From Alphaproteobacteria bacterium (lineage in GTDB: Bacteria > Pseudomonadota > Alphaproteobacteria > UBA6615), in assembly GCA_038131445.1 (NCBI GenBank), contig JAYPPL010000010.1:42683-106682 (forward strand): a stretch of 64,000 nt of DNA, written 5' to 3'. Below are positions 42,792-50,683 of this stretch, in pieces. Under the pieces are notes generated by a model that was not told where the DNA came from, did not search any database, and saw only the letters and a program-made list of their open reading frames with translations. The position numbers were made by a program, and so were the translations under genes. Position 1 is the first letter of the stretch; each line of letters begins with the position of its first letter.

Positions 42792-43781
42792 ATGTCTGTG
42801 ACCATTGAGAGCCTCGGCTCAGTTGTGCCTTATGGCCGTTTCACACATCCCGACTTCACCGATGCGGGCGAGAACCGTGCACAAGTGTCCCAGCGCGCCC
42901 TGTCCACCCTGTGGTTCAACACCGGGACCCTGTGCAACATCGAATGTGCCCACTGCTACATTGAATCGAGCCCGCGCAACGATGCCCTGGTCTATCTGAC
43001 CACCGCCGACGTCGAACCCTATCTCGACGAGATCAAGACGGGCGGGCTGCCGACCCGCGAGATCGGTTTCACCGGCGGTGAACCGTTTCTGAACCCCGAT
43101 ATAATTCCGATGGTGGGCATGTGCCTGGCGCGTGGCTATGAGGTATTGATCCTCACCAATGCCATGCAGCCGATGCAACGCCCGACGGTGAAGGAGGGCC
43201 TGCTCAACCTGAAGGCGGCCCATGGCGACCAACTCAAGTTTCGGGTCAGTATCGATCACTTCACCGCCAGTATGCATGACGCCGAGCGCGGCGCGGGCAG
43301 CTTTGTCCGGGCGCTTGAAGGCCTCGACTGGTTGGCGGAAACCGGTTTTGCCATCGCTGCCGCTGGGCGGACCCGGTTTGGGGAGGACGAGGTGACCCTG
43401 CGCGCAGGCTTCCGTGCGCTGTTTTCTGCGCGTGGTTACCCCATCGACGCAGACGACCCGTCGCAACTCGTGCTGTTTCCCGAAATGGACGAGCAGGCGG
43501 ATGTGCCGGAAATAACCACCGCCTGCTGGGGTATCCTCGATGTGTCGCCTGACGCGATGATGTGCGCGGAAAGCCGCATGGTTGTCCGGCGCAAGGGCGC
43601 AGATGCGCCTGTCGTTTTGCCATGTACCCTATTGCCCTTCGACCCAAATTTTGAGATGGGGCGAACCCTAACCGAGGCTGCGACGGTGGATGGTGGTAAT
43701 TTTGAGTGTGGTGCCGTGAAGCTGAACCACCCCCATTGCGCCAAGTTTTGTGTGCTGGGTGGTGGAAACTGCTCCCAGTAA
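42792..43781 (+). CDS. radical SAM protein with Cys-rich C-terminal domain (ArsS/DUF3641-like architecture)
   Basis: The CNIECAHCY CxxxCxxC motif, and a C-terminus HPHCAKFCVLGGGNCSQ. ATG 42792 is preceded by GAGGAAGAG. Confidence 0.8.
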   Translation: MSVTIESLGSVVPYGRFTHPDFTDAGENRAQVSQRALSTLWFNTGTLCNIECAHCYIESSPRNDALVYLTTADVEPYLDEIKTGGLPTREIGFTGGEPFLNPDIIPMVGMCLARGYEVLILTNAMQPMQRPTVKEGLLNLKAAHGDQLKFRVSIDHFTASMHDAERGAGSFVRALEGLDWLAETGFAIAAAGRTRFGEDEVTLRAGFRALFSARGYPIDADDPSQLVLFPEMDEQADVPEITTACWGILDVSPDAMMCAESRMVVRRKGADAPVVLPCTLLPFDPNFEMGRTLTEAATVDGGNFECGAVKLNHPHCAKFCVLGGGNCSQ

Positions 43782-43949
43782 ACGGGGCGTTTTAGTTCAT
43801 CTTTCGGTAAAGCATCCGTAAAAGATTTTACTCGACGAATGATCCGCACAGACGAAAAATCCACCACCGGTGTCTAGCCAGAACACCAATCGGCCGCGTC
43901 CGCGCAGAGGTCAACACTTGGCGGGGCGGTGCCACTTAGAGGAGGAAGA

Positions 43950-44333
43950 ATGTTTTCCCATATCATGATCGGCGCGGATGACGTCGAGGTATCTAAGAAA
44001 TTCTACGATGCGGTTCTCGCGACCGTCGGTGTGTCGGAAGGCACGCTAGACCCCAAGGGCCGTATCTTCTACCGGACCTCTTCGGGTGTTCTCGCCATTT
44101 CCAAGCCTCTCAATGGTGAGCCGGCCTGTGGCGCCAATGGCGGCACGATTGGGTTTACCTGTGATAACCCCGAGATAGCGGATGCTTGGCACGCCGCCGG
44201 CTTGGCAAATGGCGGCACTACTGCCGAGGACCCTCCGGGATGGCGCGAGGGTGCAGCGGGCAAGGTATATTTGGCCTATCTGCGCGATCCCTTCGGCAAT
44301 AAGATCTGCGCGCTGCACCGCCCCAAGACTTAA
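43950..44333 (+). CDS. VOC family protein
   Basis: MFSHIMIGADDVEVSKKFYDAVL...AYLRDPFGNKICALH. RBS GGAGGAAG lies before ATG 43950. Confidence 0.75.
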   Translation: MFSHIMIGADDVEVSKKFYDAVLATVGVSEGTLDPKGRIFYRTSSGVLAISKPLNGEPACGANGGTIGFTCDNPEIADAWHAAGLANGGTTAEDPPGWREGAAGKVYLAYLRDPFGNKICALHRPKT

Positions 44334-44355
44334 GCCACGCCGCGAAAATCTATTT

Positions 44356-44400
44356 GGGGCCGTCGTCGCATGTTCAGGCCGAGACGGCGGCCCCTACATT
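44356..44400 (+). terminator. rho-independent terminator after the VOC gene
   Basis: GGGGCCGTCGTC...GACGGCGGCCCC stem (one mismatch) followed by TACATTTTG. Confidence 0.5.
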
Positions 44401-44544
44401 TTGTAATGAAAGGTGTTTTTCTGGAGGCCTGCATGCCCAGTTTGTTCCGCTTGAGTCGTCTGTTCGCAGCCTAAAGGCGCGATGGTGCATATTCGCCGTT
44501 CTCTAAAAACAAAAAATCAAAAGTTGGCCTCTTGGTAAGTCGTA

Positions 44545-45198
44545 TTATCGTCTTAGTACTTCACAGGCGATACCATCTCCATCGCCATCCAACTTATGAG
44601 GGTCTCCCGGTCTTGCCGCCTCGTAGAACTTTTGAGCCTCTTCATGCGTCCGAAAGTCCTTACAGTCTCGGTCTTCAAAACTGCTTTGGCGTTCATGTTC
44701 TTTTGAAGAGTATCTTTCGCCTCGTCGCCATTGCTCTGGCGCCACAAAACTTCCTGACCAAATGCCAAGTCTTGATTTCTGTGCTTCCATCTCTTCGATA
44801 ACATAGTCGGTCGAGTAGCGCCGATAGGCTATCGCCCAACCGGTAGCAACCATCTCGCGGTTAAGTTCAACTCCGAGCGGTCCCCCTATCGAGCAGACAG
44901 CAATAATCCGGCCGTAACGATCTTTGTCGATCTCTGAGCAATCGACCCAATGGTTTTCAACCAAGGCAGCCAAAGCAGCTGTCGCCTCGAAACCACAACG
45001 CCATTCCTGACTATTGCGCGAACAAACTTGATCTTTCTCAGGTGCGTCAATTCCATGAAGGCGGACAGCGACCGGACCAAAGTTCAGAGAGTCTCCGTCT
45101 ACGACACTTGGTTTGCCACTAATGGCCTCAGCATCTTGAACACCGATAGTGATGAAAATCATTGCAGTCGCGCAAAATATTTTGAAATGGTAATCCAT
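44545..45198 (-). CDS. secreted thermonuclease (SNase family) with C-terminal Excalibur calcium-binding domain
   Basis: N-terminal signal-like segment, VVDGDSLNF...RLHGIDAPE...[10 protein letters not shown]...[10 protein letters not shown], and a C-terminal [14 protein letters not shown]...[10 protein letters not shown] (DxDxDGxxCE). Confidence 0.85.
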   Translation of the reverse strand: MDYHFKIFCATAMIFITIGVQDAEAISGKPSVVDGDSLNFGPVAVRLHGIDAPEKDQVCSRNSQEWRCGFEATAALAALVENHWVDCSEIDKDRYGRIIAVCSIGGPLGVELNREMVATGWAIAYRRYSTDYVIEEMEAQKSRLGIWSGSFVAPEQWRRGERYSSKEHERQSSFEDRDCKDFRTHEEAQKFYEAARPGDPHKLDGDGDGIACEVLRR

Positions 45199-45277
45199 TG
45201 ATTTTAGAGCCTTATGGACGCTTGGTACTCGGTTCCCTTGCTTTGATCTGGGTGTAAGTATTTGATAGATTTAGAGT

Positions 45278-45662
45278 ATGCTTAAAACAAAATCCATTTT
45301 GATGGTCGGCTGTTGTTTTCTTATCGTTATCGTATCAAGCAGCAGTACAATCTTCTAACGCGAGTACGGATGAGCTTCTCGATGGTATCGTCGCTTTAGA
45401 GGCATGCGACACATCCCAGGAAATGCACGACGAGAAAAAATGTGAGGCATTCCTTGTTGGGGTCACAGCTGCCTTGTCTTGGTTGCAAATTTATCAAAAC
45501 CTTGATCCCACCTACTGTGTACCTGCAACGACCGTCATTCGCATTCCTGGTTATCGAGATATCTTTGTAAAATGGATGAATGAAAACCCTAGTCAACTTC
45601 ACGGGCACTCAGTTGGATTGTTTGTGAAATCTATGGAACAGGCATTCCCCTGTAAGCCATAA
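45278..45662 (+). pseudogene. Rap1a/Tai4-like periplasmic (immunity-type) protein, signal peptide out of frame
   Basis: ORF 45423..45662 has the pattern C.AFL.GV..AL....YC.P.....VKWMNENPSQLH......V.S....FPC that I associate with Rap1a/Tai4 immunity proteins. A signal or lipoprotein-like start (MLKTKSILMVGCCFLIV, ATG 45278) lies in another frame and stops at 45358. The mature frame is open back to 45303 without a start codon. Confidence 0.4.
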
Positions 45663-45972
45663 ATTACGGCGTATTAGTTGGATGCTTGATTAAATGTGTC
45701 TATGAATTTCTCAAGAACCCCTCGGAAAGAGCATCGTCCTGCGCCACCGAAATGCGGTTCGGAGGACCGCTGAGGAGTTCGATAAGACTGAAAAGCCGAT
45801 CCTTGGTCAGATTTGGGTTGCCGCAATAATTCTTGTTATAGCTCGCAACATATTGGCAACTCTACGCTAACCGCAGTATTGGAAACTTGGCCGACTGGTT
45901 GTGGTTCGTAGTCTGGTAACTTAAGACATGGATCGGGAGTTTGCGCGCTACCTTTATGTGATTGAGGCTTTC

Positions 45973-46015
45973 CAAAACAAAAGCCCCCCGGAGGCGATAT
46001 GCCACGGGAGGCTTT
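45973..46015 (-). terminator. rho-independent terminator downstream of the 97-aa gene
   Basis: The minus strand reads AAAGCCTCCCGTGGCATATCGCCTCCGGGGGGCTTTTGTTTTGG, a hairpin followed by a T-rich run. Confidence 0.5.
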
Positions 46016-46125
46016 GAATTGTGATTATTTCAGCACGTGATACCAAGAACTTGGTAGAGAAGTATAAATTTTTGATTCTGGTTGTATTTTAGATTTACCG
46101 TGCCCTAGTTTCAGTCCTGACTTTC

Positions 46126-46419
46126 TTAGGTGTTCTTAACCGCCTTGATACCCTTTTCTCCACGACCACGTGATTTATAAACCGTATATCCCTTCGAGCC
46201 TAAGTTGAGGGCATCAACACCTTCAGCCGAGGAGAGGATTTCCACGATTCTCTCTGCGACCGCATCTACCTTTTCAACCTTCACATTAGCTTTCCGCCAC
46301 TCGTCGAATGCTTTTTGGCCCAACTCATCGCCAATTGATTTCTTTAACGCATTCAATTTACGAATTTCGCCCTTCGACAGATCTGTCACGTCGACACTCC
46401 TTGGTGAAAATTTAAACAA
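46126..46419 (-). CDS. small Lys/Arg-rich hypothetical protein with C-terminal SRGRGEKG motif
   Basis: 97 aa from ATG 46419. An internal GTG at 46389 is preceded by AAGGAG and would give an 87-aa product MTDLSKGEIRKLNALKKSIGDEL.... The gene has its own terminator and an AT-rich repeat-bearing upstream region. Confidence 0.5.
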   Translation of the reverse strand: MFKFSPRSVDVTDLSKGEIRKLNALKKSIGDELGQKAFDEWRKANVKVEKVDAVAERIVEILSSAEGVDALNLGSKGYTVYKSRGRGEKGIKAVKNT

Positions 46420-46510
46420 GAGAAAATTTCATAACACTTAAAAAAAATTTTTCAAAGAAAAATTTCACTAAATAATTTCCAATTGGTGCTAAACGAAAAG
46501 AGAAATTTGA
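46404..46510. repeat. cluster of GAAA(A)ATTTC/A motifs in extremely AT-rich DNA upstream of, and into, the 97-aa gene
   Basis: Copies at 46406-46415, 46422-46430, 46457-46466 and 46502-46510, with a degenerate AATAATTTCC at 46471-46480. Each is a short GAAAT/ATTTC inverted repeat. Confidence 0.3.
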
Positions 46511-47082
46511 ATATTTGGTCTTAATTTTTTTGAGTATCAAATGCGGCGTGCACGGTAAAATGCTCGACTCTCTAACTTAGGGGCATCTAAGAAATACAAC
46601 TCCTAAGGCGCTAAGTGATATTTTTGGTGTTATCTTAGCTTTTTCTCTCGCTGCTGGCGCCATTTCACAAGTCCTTCGGGATACGGGAATCGATATAAGA
46701 TCCGGCCTTCCCAGAGGCTATGTGTACCGACTTTATAAATCGCTGGAAAAGTGTCCGAACGCATTCGGACCGCTCTCGTGCGTGAGGAAAAATATTCATA
46801 GTAGTGGCTGAAATCTAACGCCACCTAACTCGGTGTCCTAGCGCGCGGATTGGGCAGGGGCCTTGGGGACCCGGCAAAGGTATCATCGGCACTATCGAGG
46901 CATATCTGTTCAGTTCGCCGATGCAACAAATCGGGCTGCGTCAGAGACTAAGCCGTTCGGTTGATTACTCTCACCCCCGGCTTTTTACGAACCCCTGATT
47001 ATCTTTTTGTTGAAATCAAAAAAAGCGAGTGAAGACGCACAAACGCGCGATTACAGATATTGATTAAGTTATTGATTTTGAA

Positions 47083-47157
47083 TGGTGGGCGCGGCTGGGA
47101 TTGAACCAGCGACCCCTGCCGTGTGAAGGCAGTGCTCTCCCGCTGAGCTACGCGCCC
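47083..47157 (-). tRNA. tRNA-Val (anticodon CAC)
   Basis: The reverse complement GGGCGCGTAGCTCAGCGGGAGAGCACTGCCTTCACACGGCAGGGGTCGCTGGTTCAATCCCAGCCGCGCCCACCA folds as a cloverleaf. It has a 7-bp acceptor stem, an anticodon stem CTGCC/GGCAG with loop TTCACAC, a T-arm GCTGG-TTCAATC-CCAGC, and an encoded CCA. Confidence 0.9.
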
Positions 47158-47401
47158 GCCCCGTTTCGGAATGCAGTCCTATAGGGCGGGCGCTTCGAGG
47201 GTGTCAAGCTGGTCCGCGCGCGCTGGCAACAGGGCGCTGGTCTCCGGCGAGGCCGAAGACGACTGAAGCGCAGAGTTTTTCGAGCCTGGAGCGCTTTAAC
47301 AATCTGGAACAATTCGTTACTTGGAGCGATTCCGCTCTTTGTGCAATTTTTCACAAATCTTTCAGAAAGAATTCCACTTGTCCCAGCGCTGAATCTCGAC
47401 C

Positions 47402-48742
47402 ATGACCGACACGCCGATCGCCGTAGTGATCCTCGCCGCCGGCAAGGGTACCCGGATGAAATCCGCTTTACCCAAGGTGATGCATGCCGTCGCCGGCCGC
47501 CCGATGATTGCGCATTTGCTCGACACCGTGTTGGAGCTGGCGCCGCAGAGGGTAATCGTGGTGGTCGGCCCGGGCATGGATGTCGTCACCGAGACGGTCG
47601 CGCCGCACCTGACCTGCGTTCAGGAAACACGTGACGGCACCGGCGGCGCGGTCAAGGCCGCAAGCGGCGAACTCGAAGGTTTCACCGGCACCGTCCTGGT
47701 TCTCTATGGCGACACACCGCTGGTACGTGCGGAGACCATGCGCGCTGCGGCTAAGGCCTGTGCGCGAGATGGCGGCGGCGCGGCGGTCTCCGTCCTTGGT
47801 TTCCGGCCTGCTCATTTCCACCAGTACGGCCGCCTGATCACCAATGCTGATGGTGCGCTGGAGGCCATCGTCGAGGCGAAGGATGCCTCGCCGGAAGAGC
47901 TTGCCGTGAACCTGTGCAATTCCGGCGTCATGGCGTTCGACGGCCGGCACCTGCTAGGCCTGCTCGACCGGCTGGATACGAACAACGCCAAGGGCGAGTA
48001 CTACCTGACTGACACGGTCGCGCTGGCGCGCGGCGACGGGCTGTTCGCTACGGTCGTAGAGGGCGACGAGGACGAGCTCCTGGGCGTCAATTCCCGCGCC
48101 GATCTCGCGTTGGCCGAAGCGGTGGTGCAGGGTGAACTGCGAGCGCGGGCGATGGACGGCGGCGCGACGCTGGTCGATCCCGGCACGGTCTGGTTTCACC
48201 ATGACACGACCCTTGGGCAGGACGTGGTGGTCGGCCCCAATGTGGTCTTCGGGCCCGGCGTTACCGTGGCCGACAATGCGGAGATCCGCGCCTTCTGCCA
48301 TCTGGAAGGCGCAACGGTGGAAAGCGGCGCGATCATCGGGCCTTATGCGCGGCTGCGTCCCGGCGCGCTGGTGGGCCGCGCGGCCCATGTCGGCAATTTC
48401 GTCGAGATCAAGAACGCCAGTCTCGGCCCCGGCGCGAAGGCCAACCACCTGACCTATATCGGGGATGCGGATGTCGGCGCGAAGTCCAACATCGGCGCGG
48501 GCACCATTACCTGCAATTATGACGGCTTCGGCAAGTACCGCACGGTAATCGGTGAGGGGTCCTTCATCGGCTCGAACTCGGCGCTGGTCGCGCCGGTCAC
48601 CATCGGCGACGGGGCCATCGTTGCGGCAGGCAGCACGATTTCCCGCGACGTAGAGGCCGACGCGATGTCCATCGGGCGCGCGCCCCAGGACGACAAGCCT
48701 GGCTGGGCAGCGAAGTTCCGCAAGCTGAAGTCGAAGGGTTAG
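47402..48742 (+). CDS. glmU: bifunctional UDP-N-acetylglucosamine diphosphorylase / glucosamine-1-phosphate N-acetyltransferase
   Basis: 446 aa. N-terminal LAAGKGTRMKS, and a C-terminal left-handed beta-helix hexapeptide repeats. Confidence 0.95.
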   Translation: MTDTPIAVVILAAGKGTRMKSALPKVMHAVAGRPMIAHLLDTVLELAPQRVIVVVGPGMDVVTETVAPHLTCVQETRDGTGGAVKAASGELEGFTGTVLVLYGDTPLVRAETMRAAAKACARDGGGAAVSVLGFRPAHFHQYGRLITNADGALEAIVEAKDASPEELAVNLCNSGVMAFDGRHLLGLLDRLDTNNAKGEYYLTDTVALARGDGLFATVVEGDEDELLGVNSRADLALAEAVVQGELRARAMDGGATLVDPGTVWFHHDTTLGQDVVVGPNVVFGPGVTVADNAEIRAFCHLEGATVESGAIIGPYARLRPGALVGRAAHVGNFVEIKNASLGPGAKANHLTYIGDADVGAKSNIGAGTITCNYDGFGKYRTVIGEGSFIGSNSALVAPVTIGDGAIVAAGSTISRDVEADAMSIGRAPQDDKPGWAAKFRKLKSKG

Positions 48743-48745
48743 GTC

Positions 48746-50683
48746 ATGTGCGGTATTATCGGCATTCTGGGCGCGGGCGATGCCGCGCCGCGCCTGCTGG
48801 AAGGGCTCAAGCGGCTGGAATACCGGGGGTACGACTCCGCCGGGATCGCGACCATCGTCAACGGCTCCATCGGTCGCCGCCGGGCAGAGGGCAAGCTGGA
48901 AAACCTCGCGAAGTTGCTCGACGCTGACCCGCTGACGGGTGATGTCGGCATCGGCCACACCCGCTGGGCCACTCACGGCGCGCCGAACGAGCACAACGCG
49001 CACCCCCATGCCACATCGCGAGTGGCCGTGGTGCACAATGGCATCATCGAGAATTTCCAGGAACTGCGCGCTGAACTGGTCGAGGCCGGCCACAACTTCG
49101 AGAGCGACACCGACACGGAAGCCGTTGCGGTCCTGATCAGCCGGGAGCTGGAAGGCGGCGCGTTGCCGCGCGAGGCCGTCGCCGCGACCCTGCCGCGCCT
49201 TCAGGGAGCCTTCGCGCTGGCCATCGTCTTCGCGGGTGAGCACGACCTGATGATCGGTGCGCGCCGCGGCAGCCCGCTGGCAATCGGCTATGGCGAGGGC
49301 GAGATGTTCCTAGGCTCAGACGCGCTGGCGCTGGCGCCGCTGACCAAGCGTATCAGCTATCTAGAAGAGGGCGACTGGACCGTCATCACCCGAGATGGCG
49401 CGGCAGTCTTTGACGAGAACGGCACAGCCGTTACCCGCGCCGTGCGCGAGACAGAACTGTCCGGCGCGCTGATTGGCAAGGGTAATTACGACCACTTCAT
49501 GCAGAAGGAAATCTTCGAGCAGCCCGCGGTGGTCGGTGACACGCTGCAGTCCTTCATCAATGCGACGACGCGCGAGATCAGCCTGCCCGACCTGCCGTTC
49601 GATTTCGCTGATATCCCGCGTTTCACCATCGTTGCCTGCGGTACCGCATGTTACGCAGGCTGGGTCGCGAAATACTGGCTGGAGACGGTGGCGCGCATCC
49701 CGGTCGAGATCGACGTGGCGTCCGAGTTCCGCTACCGCGAGGCGCCGCTGCCGGAGGGTGGCGTGGCGCTGTTCGTCAGCCAGTCGGGCGAAACCGCCGA
49801 CACGCTGGCGGCGCTGCGCCACTGTCGCGCACACAAGCAGCACATCGTCTCGGTCGTGAATGTGGGTGAGAGCTCCATCGCGCGGGAATCCGACGTGGTC
49901 CTGCCGACGCTGGCCGGGCCCGAAATTGGCGTCGCCTCGACCAAGGCGTTCACGACACAGCTCGCCGTGCTCGCCTGCTTTGCCATTGCCGCGGCCAAGG
50001 CGGGCGGGACCATCGATGCGGCGCGCGCGGCGGAACTGGCCGGTGCGCTAACCGAGGTGCCCTCGCGCATGACCGAGGTGCTGAACCATGACGATGCCCT
50101 GCGCGAGATTGCACGCGACGTGGCGAAGGCGCGCGACGTGCTCTATCTCGGGCGCGGCACGGCCTTCCCGCTGGCCATGGAAGGCGCGCTGAAGCTCAAG
50201 GAAATCTCCTACATCCACGCCGAGGGCTATGCCGCCGGCGAGATGAAGCACGGGCCGATCGCGCTCATCGACCAGGAGGTGCCGGTCATCGTGCTGGCGC
50301 CGGGCGACAACCTGTTCGACAAGACCCTGTCGAATGTGGAGGAGGTGATCGCGCGCGGCGGCAAGGTGGTCTTTATGTCCGACCGCGCCGGGCTGAAACG
50401 CCTGTCCGACAAGGCATTCGCGACGGTCGAGATGCCGGATATCGATCCCTTCGTCGCGCCGCTGCTGTATTCGATCCCGATCCAGCTTCTGGCCTATCAC
50501 ACGGCCGTCGCCAAGGGCACGGATGTGGACCTTTTTCTTTCTTTCGCGGATGATAATGGTCAACTCACGCCTATCAGGGCAAGAGAAATTCAACTCGCAG
50601 TTCGATATATTGAAGAACTGGGGGTTCCACCGGGTAACATTTTTGTTTTCGGGCAGAGTAGAGGCGGGTGGAGCACCCTATAA
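48746..50683 (+). CDS. glmS: glutamine--fructose-6-phosphate aminotransferase with non-native C-terminal extension
   Basis: MCGIIGI (Cys2 nucleophile) and two SIS domains. It is canonical up to ...LAYHTAVAKGTDVD (ends 50530). It then continues for 50 unrelated codons in AT-rich DNA, instead of the conserved ~12-residue tail. Confidence 0.9.
   Translation: MCGIIGILGAGDAAPRLLEGLKRLEYRGYDSAGIATIVNGSIGRRRAEGKLENLAKLLDADPLTGDVGIGHTRWATHGAPNEHNAHPHATSRVAVVHNGIIENFQELRAELVEAGHNFESDTDTEAVAVLISRELEGGALPREAVAATLPRLQGAFALAIVFAGEHDLMIGARRGSPLAIGYGEGEMFLGSDALALAPLTKRISYLEEGDWTVITRDGAAVFDENGTAVTRAVRETELSGALIGKGNYDHFMQKEIFEQPAVVGDTLQSFINATTREISLPDLPFDFADIPRFTIVACGTACYAGWVAKYWLETVARIPVEIDVASEFRYREAPLPEGGVALFVSQSGETADTLAALRHCRAHKQHIVSVVNVGESSIARESDVVLPTLAGPEIGVASTKAFTTQLAVLACFAIAAAKAGGTIDAARAAELAGALTEVPSRMTEVLNHDDALREIARDVAKARDVLYLGRGTAFPLAMEGALKLKEISYIHAEGYAAGEMKHGPIALIDQEVPVIVLAPGDNLFDKTLSNVEEVIARGGKVVFMSDRAGLKRLSDKAFATVEMPDIDPFVAPLLYSIPIQLLAYHTAVAKGTDVDLFLSFADDNGQLTPIRAREIQLAVRYIEELGVPPGNIFVFGQSRGGWSTL

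Larger units (their letters stand above)
44400..47082. mobile_element. degraded AT-rich genomic island abutting the 3' end of tRNA-Val
   Basis: A sharp by-eye drop in GC relative to both flanks. The island ends exactly at the tRNA 3' terminus (47083). Its content is accessory and fragmentary, with no intact integrase. Two TATTGATT direct repeats lie at 47058-47065 and 47070-47077, next to the tRNA end. Confidence 0.55.

Noticed and set aside
46630-46824. 64-aa ORF next to tRNA-Val as an integrase remnant
   Set aside because: There is only a vague resemblance (LWEGRILYRF..YPEGL..RQQRE) to the P4-integrase N-terminal domain, and no catalytic domain anywhere nearby. It is kept only as a remark in the island finding.
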